Both the position numbers and the translations under genes were made by a program. From Candidatus Thorarchaeota archaeon (GTDB lineage Archaea > Asgardarchaeota > Thorarchaeia > Thorarchaeales > Thorarchaeaceae), in contig DXJO01000010.1 in the NCBI GenBank assembly GCA_019057475.1, forward strand, positions 288,001 to 352,000: a stretch of 64,000 nucleotides of DNA, written 5' to 3'. Below, piece by piece: positions 56,115 through 64,000 of this stretch. The first letter of the stretch is position 1; each line of letters begins with the position of its first letter. Below the pieces are notes generated by a model. The model searched no databases. It had not been told where the DNA came from and worked only from the letters and a program-made list of their open reading frames with translations.

Positions 56115-57479
56115 TCATTCTGCCTTGTTGAGTTCATCATGTGCTTGGGATATCATGGTTTCCTCATCTTCGGAGTTGAGCACTAACCCCTCGACGGGCT
56201 CCTCGGGAGATTCCGCAGCTGCAGTTTCCATAACATCGTCAAGTGCTCTGACTGATGGAGTCAGCAAAGCGGCAGTTCCTAGCACGATTGTCGCCACTCC
56301 TGAGGCAATAAACCAAATCGGAACGCCGTAAGCATCTGCCACGGGCCCAGCAATAACTAATCCAATGGGCATCATCGCAGTGGATCCACTAACAACAAGC
56401 GCAAACACTCTTCCTTGCTTATCAGCTGGGATCGTTGATTGCAGCAATGCAAGGATGGATCCATTCACAATAGTACCAAGACTCGCCACGAGGAAGAACA
56501 GAGCTGTTGCCTGGAAAAATGCATCTGGCGGCATCAGACCAATCAGCAGATCCAAGATTCCAATCACGATTAGTGCGATAAGTGCTGTAAAAGTCCGCCT
56601 TCTACCACCTCCCCAAATGCCAAGGAGTATTCCCGAGAGCACCATTCCTATAGCACTTGCTGACTGGATTATTGCCAGATATGTTGCATCGCCGTGGAAA
56701 TGGTTGGTGACAAGAATGGGGATCAGGGTGGATGCGGGCCCTCCCACCAAGTTTAGGAACATCGCCATCACGACAATTAGTAGTATTCCCCGTGTTTTCC
56801 TCAGGAAGCGGAAACCATCCATCATGTCACCGAGAACAGATTTTTCCTCTAATAGGCTCGTTCGCTCAGGCTGAGGGACATGAACGGCTGCAAGAGCGCC
56901 TATCGCAATGATAGCAGTTGCCACATCTATCATCAGGATTGTACTCATCGGAAGCAGAATCAGAACAAGCGCTCCAAGCGGCGGCGCGAGTATGCCCGCT
57001 GCTCCTTGGAGTGTGTGGTTCATGCCCCCAATGCGCAATAGGTGCTCTTTGGGGACCATCAGACTGGTTGACGCCAGCATCGCCGGCCAGTGGAATGCAC
57101 CTGCGGCTGAACCAATGAGCATGGCCAGATAGATATGCCAGATCTCTATAGTCCCAAAGTGGAACGTGGCCACCAGGAAGAGAATGCTTAGGGCGATAAT
57201 CATGTCTGCAGCAATCATAGTTCTGCGTCTATTCCATCGGTCCACATACGACCCTGCAAAGGGTGCGATCAAGACCTGTGGCAACAATGCCATTATCGTG
57301 GCGATGGCGAGCACAGTAGCGGAGCCGGTTTGAAGTGTCAAATACCAGACAATAGTGAATCGTACGAGTCGACTCCCGAACAAAGATACGGCCTGACCGC
57401 TCCACAAGATGGCAAAAGGACGCAATGACTTGGTGGTTTCATCCTTTGGCGGCTCAGACAACATCGTACTGAATTTCAT
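56115..57479 (-). CDS. MFS transporter (MefA/DHA3-like)
   Basis: LWSGQAVSLFGS, GSYVDRWNRR motif A, QGRVF and about 12 hydrophobic segments. Confidence 0.9.
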   Translation of the reverse strand: MKFSTMLSEPPKDETTKSLRPFAILWSGQAVSLFGSRLVRFTIVWYLTLQTGSATVLAIATIMALLPQVLIAPFAGSYVDRWNRRRTMIAADMIIALSILFLVATFHFGTIEIWHIYLAMLIGSAAGAFHWPAMLASTSLMVPKEHLLRIGGMNHTLQGAAGILAPPLGALVLILLPMSTILMIDVATAIIAIGALAAVHVPQPERTSLLEEKSVLGDMMDGFRFLRKTRGILLIVVMAMFLNLVGGPASTLIPILVTNHFHGDATYLAIIQSASAIGMVLSGILLGIWGGGRRRTFTALIALIVIGILDLLIGLMPPDAFFQATALFFLVASLGTIVNGSILALLQSTIPADKQGRVFALVVSGSTAMMPIGLVIAGPVADAYGVPIWFIASGVATIVLGTAALLTPSVRALDDVMETAAAESPEEPVEGLVLNSEDEETMISQAHDELNKAE

Positions 57480-58068
57480 GTCAATGGTGAGATATATTGC
57501 AGCTGGTTTGGGAATAAACTAGCAATTGGACTTACTCTCGCCGGAATCCTTCACCACACTGACCTTCAACTGCCAGCAGTCGATGCAAGGTCTGCGGCCA
57601 ACATACACCGTTGCCCGAAACTTGTACAATCATGGACATCAATGTCCTTGACTGATGTTCGGTTCCTGATTCATTGAGGTCTGCTCTGCAGGTCCTACTG
57701 GATCTGCGACAAGTCTCACGTCCTCTCCACAGGCGTTTTCTATCTCCGTCCAACTGGCGGCGACCAAATTGCATGCACGCCCTAGCAATCTGCATTGAAC
57801 GTCCACACTACTTAATCCTGAGCAGTACGTTATAAGCATCTACAAAATGCCCAAGATCGTACAAGTTCTTGGCAGCTGTTGCATATCCTCCTTCCATAGC
57901 AGTCAATTGTAGAACACGTTTCGCAGGACATTTTCTTATCCTTCAGCAATAGACAAGATTAGTTCTATGCTGTATACTCCTTGTGCGGCGAATCATCCAC
58001 AAGAGCTGCTACATCTCAAACCCTCTGCATTCCTAGGTGGAACTGACAATGATCGTAGGACAAGAGGG

Positions 58069-58098
58069 GAGAACCCGGCTCAGACACGCCGGGCTCTC
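58069..58098 (-). terminator. Hairpin 3' of the 58149-59435 gene
   Basis: Minus-strand GAGAGCCCGGC-8nt-GCCGGGUUCUC. The G.U pair forms only on the minus strand. Confidence 0.5.
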
Positions 58099-58148
58099 TT
58101 CAAGATTACGTTCTTCTTGATTAGATACGACAGGTTTGCATTAACAGG

Positions 58149-59435
58149 CTAAGTTCTCCTCTTCCGCATGTATACAACAATCACAATAAGAATAACGGCT
58201 CCTCCAATTCCTATTGCTATTAGCAGAGTGTAATCTGGGACTTCAGAAGGTGGCGCCGAGTCCTCAAATGCGACCAGTATCCCGTTGACTGGACCCGTGT
58301 CAGCACTTCGCATGAAACCAGCCACCGCAAATCCACCGGCAGCAAGCTCGACCAAAGCGTGTCCTTTGTCCAGGTATTCGCCACCAAAGGCCTTTTGCCA
58401 TTGCAGCACTCCATCGCTGTCTGTACGCCCCAGCCAGACATCGGAGCCCCCTGCACCGAACGCATAAGTGCCGCTTGTGAGCGCAAAGCCACCATCACTA
58501 CATTCCACTACGTCAAGGCCGCCAGGGGCGCTCATCATCCCTGCGAATCCGGTCGTGTGATTGTATAGCTGGTTCCAGAGTTCATTTCCATCTCCATCTA
58601 CCCGCACAAGCCACCCGCCTGCAGAGTCTTCGAAGGAAGACGTGCCGGCTGCGATTGCAAAGCCTCCTGTACTCACCTCGATTACGGAGTAGCCCATGTC
58701 GTAATCGGTACCGCCAAATGTACGGTTCCATAATTCGTTCCCATCTGCGTCCGCCCTAATCAACCAGACGTCACTATCTCCCGCTCCGAGACCTTCTGTA
58801 TATCCGGCTAAAATGAAGTGTCCACCACTAACTTCTGCAACTGAGAGGATTCCCGAAGTTTCATATTCATCTGCTGAGGCCGTAATGAAGGTCTTGTTCC
58901 AGAGCTGGTTCCCGCTGCTATCCAGCTTCAGCAGAAAACTACCATCGCCATGTCCTACAACTACAAACTCCCCGTTGCTGCATTCAATTACACAAAATGC
59001 ATCTGTACTAGCGCCCCCCATCGTGAATGTACTGTTCCAGACCATAACCCCCGAGGCATCTGTGCGAATCATCCATGCATCATGCGTAGCAGTCCGTCCA
59101 GCGATGAGGTATCCTCCTGTACTCACTTCAACTAAGCTGTAGCCTAGGTCGGAACCTAGACCCGGTGAATCGTAAGTCTTATTCCAGATCATCTCGCCAT
59201 CCGAGTTCGTCCGTGTCAACCATGCAGAGCATTCTCCTGAGCTTGTATTCCCGAGCCGCCCGAGCAGAGCAAAGCCGCCATCGCTTAGCTGAACTACATC
59301 ATATAACTCGTCGGTCCCGTCTCCTCCATATTCCTGATACCATAGCTCATCGGCTGCGTAGACCGGCAATGCAGAAGCCAACATAATCGCAAATGACACC
59401 ACTAAAGCTTGAAGGATTCTTCTTCTTCTCAACAT
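58149..59435 (-). CDS. Secreted beta-propeller repeat protein with C-terminal TM
   Basis: About seven repeats of GG(F/Y)..AG...WL.R.D.DG...W..T(F/Y)GG; signal peptide; TM + RKRRT. Confidence 0.8.
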   Translation of the reverse strand: MLRRRRILQALVVSFAIMLASALPVYAADELWYQEYGGDGTDELYDVVQLSDGGFALLGRLGNTSSGECSAWLTRTNSDGEMIWNKTYDSPGLGSDLGYSLVEVSTGGYLIAGRTATHDAWMIRTDASGVMVWNSTFTMGGASTDAFCVIECSNGEFVVVGHGDGSFLLKLDSSGNQLWNKTFITASADEYETSGILSVAEVSGGHFILAGYTEGLGAGDSDVWLIRADADGNELWNRTFGGTDYDMGYSVIEVSTGGFAIAAGTSSFEDSAGGWLVRVDGDGNELWNQLYNHTTGFAGMMSAPGGLDVVECSDGGFALTSGTYAFGAGGSDVWLGRTDSDGVLQWQKAFGGEYLDKGHALVELAAGGFAVAGFMRSADTGPVNGILVAFEDSAPPSEVPDYTLLIAIGIGGAVILIVIVVYMRKRRT

Positions 59436-59818
59436 TCAACACATCCTGAGTTCGATTCGGGCCTTGCGAATGCTCCAGTGATGATCTGGGATGTTGTTGA
59501 ATTCAATGCAATTGATGGGTGCTTGGCTTTTCTTTGAAGTCATGGTACTCCTGGCATTTGACGATTCCAATCAGTCTGATTCCCATGGCCGCGAATACGT
59601 GTTCTTATCAATTCACGCAATCCCAGAAAAGGCTTTCGAGAAGTTGCTCATCTTGGAAACTGTCCCCTGCAGCAGACGCTTTTGCATCGATGCATACTTG
59701 CTCAATTGTTCACCAATCTGCCCCATAGTCGATGCCTATTTATTAGGGAGATTTCCTGCGAGTATCGCTTTCGACAATCCACTCCTCGGCCCTGCCGCTG
59801 AGAACGGAGGACTAACGA

Positions 59819-61339
59819 TTGGCAGAGTACAATAAGGTCACGGATGAAGTTGTGAAGAAACTGGTCGCAATCTGTGGTGAGAAATACGTCACGGACAGCG
59901 AACCACTACGTTACAGCTATATGGCAAGAGGCATCATGGGACTGGAGGCCGTTCTTCCTGAGGTCGTAATCAGACCTGCAAATACTGAGGAAGTCCGGAA
60001 GATCCTCATGATTGCCAACGATAGCCTGAGCCCTGTCACTCCCGCTGCAGGCGGTCTAAGTGGGGGCTTTGCGTTGCCGGCAATTGAGCCGGGCGGCATT
60101 TTGATGGACATGACACGGATGGACAAGATGGAGGTTGACACAGAGAACCGAGTCATGATAGTTGAGCCTGGCGTGAGATGTGGTGACGCTTGGCGTATCT
60201 TCAAGAAGCGATGGCCCGATTGGGCACCACCAATTCCTGACGGAGCACCACCCGGGGCTACCATTCTGGGCGATGCCATAGAGCGTGGCTTTTCTCTGGT
60301 GACCGGAAGGTACGGACCGCAGGCTGATATGATCATGGGTCTTGAGATAGTCTTGCCAAGTGGTGAGATATTCAGGACCGGTTCATGGGCGCTTGATGGC
60401 GCGAAGGCGTTCTACAGGTGGGGTGTAGGTCCGAACCCAGACGGCCTGTTCCTTGGTTCTCAGGGTTCGATGGGCATCATCACCAAAGCTGCAGTGAAGA
60501 TTGTACCTCATCCTCATTTCAAAACGATCGTAGCTTATGGTGGCGACAGCTGGGAACACATTATTGAGCCAGCATGGGAGATTGGCAAATACGAGATGGG
60601 GATATCCGATAATACAGTCATGGTCCAAGGAGGCAACTGGCCCCTTGTAATGACCCGCTGGCCCAAGAGCAACGTACCGCTCGATTACAAATTCTACGAG
60701 AAGATTGGCATTGACGAGTACTGGATGAACTCAGAGGTGTGGGCGCATTCCCAGGAAGAGCTTGATTTCACGCTGAAGCGGATTGACGAGATATACAAGG
60801 ACTATGAGGTCAAGAAGAAGACAATATGCAAACAGCAGCAATTGCATCCGAAGCAGATCGCGTCAAGGCTCAAGAAACCGAATCTGATTGCAGTTCCATA
60901 CGGCCTGTACGAGGCTGGATTCTTGTTTGTGACTGTGTATACACCTTGGCTGGAGTCCAGCAGGTGTGCCGAGATGTACTGCCAAAAGATGGAGGAACAT
61001 GGCTTTCCGCCTGTCATGTGGGTTGCATCAATAGACCATGCAAGGCAAGCCATAGTCATGCCAATACTTTGCTTTGATAGCACAGAGAAGGGAGTACTCG
61101 ATAGGATTAGGAAATGGAATATTGAAACAACGGAACTTGTGCTCGATAATGGCTGGTTGAACTACCGACCAGACCCGTTCGTGCATGCTCCCATGACATT
61201 CAGCAAGTCGAAGGACTACTACCGGATGCTCGTGAAGTTCAGAAAAGTACTCGACCCGAATCTCATCTTACATCCCGGGCGATTGGCCATTCCTTGGGCG
61301 TCTGTTACAGATAGTCCAAGTCCACTGGAGGATGAGTAG
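59819..61339 (+). CDS. FAD-linked oxidoreductase (GlcD/D-lactate dehydrogenase-like)
   Basis: PEVVIRP, GGLSGG, GLEIVLPSG, GSQGSMGIIT, LDPNLILHPG. Confidence 0.85.
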   Translation: MAEYNKVTDEVVKKLVAICGEKYVTDSEPLRYSYMARGIMGLEAVLPEVVIRPANTEEVRKILMIANDSLSPVTPAAGGLSGGFALPAIEPGGILMDMTRMDKMEVDTENRVMIVEPGVRCGDAWRIFKKRWPDWAPPIPDGAPPGATILGDAIERGFSLVTGRYGPQADMIMGLEIVLPSGEIFRTGSWALDGAKAFYRWGVGPNPDGLFLGSQGSMGIITKAAVKIVPHPHFKTIVAYGGDSWEHIIEPAWEIGKYEMGISDNTVMVQGGNWPLVMTRWPKSNVPLDYKFYEKIGIDEYWMNSEVWAHSQEELDFTLKRIDEIYKDYEVKKKTICKQQQLHPKQIASRLKKPNLIAVPYGLYEAGFLFVTVYTPWLESSRCAEMYCQKMEEHGFPPVMWVASIDHARQAIVMPILCFDSTEKGVLDRIRKWNIETTELVLDNGWLNYRPDPFVHAPMTFSKSKDYYRMLVKFRKVLDPNLILHPGRLAIPWASVTDSPSPLEDE

Positions 61340-61403
61340 GAAATGAAAGCACATCCACAACAAAAGTTTCAAAACATAACCTACACAAGGAGGCAAGATT
61401 CCA

Positions 61404-62714
61404 ATGACTAGTCTTGAAGAGCTTCGCAAGATCAACGCGCGTTGCATACACTGTCGCGCTTGCCAATATGCCTATTCCAACGAGCCGGATAGGGAGGGGG
61501 CGGACGAGGAGTATACTGGCATGATGCTGTCATGTCCAGGCGGCAACTTCTACGGTTGGGAAGGCTACTTCAACAGTGGCAGGATGTGGATGGCCCGAGC
61601 GTTCCTTGAGGGCGATCTCAAACCCAGTCAAGAGATGCTTGAGATTATTGAGGCATGCACGACCTGCGGTCTTTGTGCTGAGCAATGCACAAACTACATT
61701 GATACAGTCGATGTCATTGAGGAACTGAGAGCTGCCATTATCGAGTCAGGCGTTGAACCTCTGAAACGGCACAAGATGATTGGAGATCGGGTTCTTGAAG
61801 AGGACAAGAGGAACCCCTATAACGACCCGCGGAGCGACCGCACAGCTTGGCATGATGGGTCTGTTGATGACAAAGATATGAAGGTCGCATACTACGTCGG
61901 CTGTACTGGAGCATACAGACAGCAGGGCGTTGCCAAGCACACTGCAAGTATTCTGAAGAAGCTAGGTGTTGACTTTACAGTCCTGACCGACGAAGTGTGT
62001 TGTGGGTCTCCAATACTACGCACTGGTCAGAAGGACATCCTCAAGAAAGTCATGAATGAAAATCTCGAGATGTTCAAGGACTTCGACTTGCTAGTGTTTT
62101 CATGTGCGGGATGCTATAGGACTTTCAAAGTGGACTATCCAAAGCAGAGTGGCAAGCCTTTGCCCTTCAAAGTCGCGCACACACTGGACATCGCCTATGA
62201 CCTCATCACTGAAGGCAAGCTCAAGATTGAGAAGCCCTACAACAAGAAGGTCACGTGGCACGACCCCTGTCACACTATACGACACATCGGACTCTCAATT
62301 GAGAAGGAGATTCTTGAGAAATCGGATAACTGGCTGCTTGACAGCAGGAAAGCGGCCAAGGCGAAGGAAGCCTGGTACGAGCGGCCCAGAGAAGTGATTC
62401 GCGCGATTCCAGGCATGGACTTCCGTGAGATGTACAGAATCAAGGGCAACAGTTTCTGCTGCGGAGCAGGAGGCGGTGTCAAGACACAATTTCCAGATAT
62501 GGCCAACGACACTGCGAGAGAGCGTGTCAAGGAAGCCGCGTCAACCGGTGCAGAAGTCCTGTTGACCAGCTGTCCCTTCTGCATAACTAACTTCAACGAT
62601 GCTGTCAAGGCGTTAAAGAAGGAAGAAGAAGAAACTGGTAAGGACTTGTCCGCTGTGGGTTCAAAGATTGAAGTGGTAGAGCTTCTGGAGCTAATGGATC
62701 AACTGCTTGACTAG
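61404..62714 (+). CDS. Fe-S oxidoreductase with CCG domains (GlcF/HdrD-like)
   Basis: CIHCRAC, CTTCGLC...C, CCGSP, HDPCH, CCGAGGG, SCPFC. Confidence 0.88.
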   Translation: MTSLEELRKINARCIHCRACQYAYSNEPDREGADEEYTGMMLSCPGGNFYGWEGYFNSGRMWMARAFLEGDLKPSQEMLEIIEACTTCGLCAEQCTNYIDTVDVIEELRAAIIESGVEPLKRHKMIGDRVLEEDKRNPYNDPRSDRTAWHDGSVDDKDMKVAYYVGCTGAYRQQGVAKHTASILKKLGVDFTVLTDEVCCGSPILRTGQKDILKKVMNENLEMFKDFDLLVFSCAGCYRTFKVDYPKQSGKPLPFKVAHTLDIAYDLITEGKLKIEKPYNKKVTWHDPCHTIRHIGLSIEKEILEKSDNWLLDSRKAAKAKEAWYERPREVIRAIPGMDFREMYRIKGNSFCCGAGGGVKTQFPDMANDTARERVKEAASTGAEVLLTSCPFCITNFNDAVKALKKEEEETGKDLSAVGSKIEVVELLELMDQLLD

Positions 62715-62722
62715 TTGAACTT

Positions 62723-62757
62723 CTGGACTGGGTAGGACTACTCCTGCCCAGGTCCAG
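62723..62757 (+). terminator. Hairpin 3' of the oxidoreductase pair
   Basis: CUGGAC-UGGGUAGGA-CUAC-UCCUGCCCA-G-GUCCAG begins just after the stop at 62714. The U.G pair forms on the plus strand. Confidence 0.55.
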
Positions 62758-62866
62758 TCTATTCATGGCTCACTGACAATGCTGGACAATCTTCCAGTTT
62801 GGTGTAAATAGTTTACAATCCAAATCCATCATCAGCTAGCTTCTCACGGAATGACACAGGTCCACC

Positions 62867-63508
62867 TCATTTGATGATGTTCGCGAGTTTGCCAGTGCGG
62901 TGTAAGTAGACAATTCCCCAAATCCACATGATGGCAGTTAGAGAAGTCAGAATCTCAGGCAAGGCTACACCTGTCCAAGGCATTACTCCGACAATCGTTC
63001 CCCACCACAAGTAGATTGAGATGAAGGGCAGCGCGAGTGATATCAGGGCAAACCACCAGAGCTCTCGAAACCGCAGCCAGCTAAGACCAATGAACCACAT
63101 GGCCCACGGGAATGAGAAGAAAAATCCCACGGATACAATGTAGTGAGTGGGACTGAAGTTCTCCGAGAAGACACCAATGGTTGTCAGAAACACGGACGCT
63201 ATGACATATGGGATAATGCCAATCTTTGTTGGTAAATCAGTGAGTTGGCGAAGGAGCCAAATGATGTAGTACACCATCACCGTCCCAGTGATAGCCAGTC
63301 CTGCATTGAAGATAATCGCGCGTACAACTGGATTTGGACCGATGTCGGTGCGTATGTAATGCCCCAGGTCGCTCAGTGCGTTACCAGTCCAAGAGAAGTC
63401 TGGTGAAATGAGAATTGCAACTGCAATGCAAGTCAATGCAAAAAGTGGGGCTATTGTAGCCATGAGGATTGGCTTCGGTACTTCCCGAATCTTCTCAGAT
63501 AGCGACAT
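62867..63508 (-). CDS. DUF998-family membrane protein
   Basis: FSWTGNALSDLG, IFNAGL, IGVFSEN...H, PEIL. Confidence 0.8.
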   Translation of the reverse strand: MSLSEKIREVPKPILMATIAPLFALTCIAVAILISPDFSWTGNALSDLGHYIRTDIGPNPVVRAIIFNAGLAITGTVMVYYIIWLLRQLTDLPTKIGIIPYVIASVFLTTIGVFSENFSPTHYIVSVGFFFSFPWAMWFIGLSWLRFRELWWFALISLALPFISIYLWWGTIVGVMPWTGVALPEILTSLTAIMWIWGIVYLHRTGKLANIIK

Positions 63509-63651
63509 GAAACCTCCAGCAGACAATCCTGTATTTGAGTACTCCTACACGTGGCGATATGTCTGCATGTTTCCCAAGCAGTTCAAGCCAAGAATTCATT
63601 AGACGGATTATTCATGTCCACGCCACACAAGCCCTCCAGCTTATAGAGGAG

Positions 63652-64000
63652 ATGAATAAGATACCAGTGCCATTCAAAGTCCTGCAATTTGGCCTTGGAA
63701 CGATGGGCAGGATAATCACGCAGACACTCATGGACCGAGGAAACCTTGACCTGGTTGGAGTCGTTGATATTAACCCCAAATACGCAGGCAAGAGTGTCGA
63801 GGAAGTTCTGGTTTCGGGTCGCAAGACATCCACATCGATCTTTAACAGCTTAGAGAACGCACTCCAAGCATTAGGAGATCAACCCGCCGACATAGCCCTG
63901 ATTGCAACGTTGTCCTCTCTCGATGACATTGCTTCGTCAATCTCGGATTGCTTTGAAGCCGGAATGGACGTGGTATCCCTCTGTGAAGAGCTATCATATC
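63652..64000 (+). CDS. NAD(P)-dependent 2,4-diaminopentanoate-dehydrogenase/DapB-like oxidoreductase; 3' end runs off the window
   Basis: Not in the ORF track. My translation: MNKIPVPFKVLQFGLGTMG...LVGVVDINPKYAGK...AGMDVVSLCEELSY. Confidence 0.75.
   Translation, partial: MNKIPVPFKVLQFGLGTMGRIITQTLMDRGNLDLVGVVDINPKYAGKSVEEVLVSGRKTSTSIFNSLENALQALGDQPADIALIATLSSLDDIASSISDCFEAGMDVVSLCEELSY

Noticed and set aside
57500-58140. Short ORFs in the gap between the MFS and beta-propeller genes
   Set aside because: None shows a recognisable motif or convincing start context. It could be decayed sequence, but I cannot support a call.
59491-59835. 114-aa plus-strand ORF upstream of the FAD oxidoreductase
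   Set aside because: No motifs, it overlaps the next gene's start, and it occupies the likely divergent promoter region.
1-64000. Mobile elements, CRISPR arrays, tRNA or rRNA genes
   Set aside because: I saw no transposase/integrase motifs, terminal repeats, regular repeat-spacer arrays or cloverleaf/rRNA signatures by eye. tRNAscan-SE and cmscan would be needed to exclude them formally.

Overview
Gene-dense archaeal chromosomal DNA, most likely from an Asgard archaeon (Thorarchaeia-like). This is inferred from archaeal core enzymes (porGDAB, iorAB, geranylgeranyl reductase) occurring with several eukaryote-signature-type proteins: a Rab-like GTPase fused to a 7-blade FG-GAP propeller, a gelsolin-like protein, a Vps62-like protein and a longin/roadblock-like protein. 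Metabolic content includes galT-galK, 2-oxoacid:ferredoxin oxidoreductases, an E1/E2 2-oxoacid (or acetoin) dehydrogenase cluster with lipoate ligase, B12 enzymes (cobO, an isobutyryl-CoA-mutase-type subunit, an uncharacterised B12 protein coupled to an opine dehydrogenase), a GlcD/GlcF-like pair, a NitT/TauT ABC transporter and C-terminally anchored surface proteins. I saw no rRNA, tRNA, CRISPR array or transposase. The two strongest candidates for an undescribed system are (1) a carrier-protein pathway (AcpS + FkbH + ACP) with a stand-alone membrane Pls/NRPS-terminal-type module, a second acyltransferase and a deacetylase-fold protein, next to a lipid reductase, and (2) a BBSome/KICSTOR-like propeller-Ig-Rab fusion protein. 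Two candidate structured RNAs, a deletion scar and a small ORF missed by the track are also reported. All family calls come from motif recognition by eye; no searches were run.
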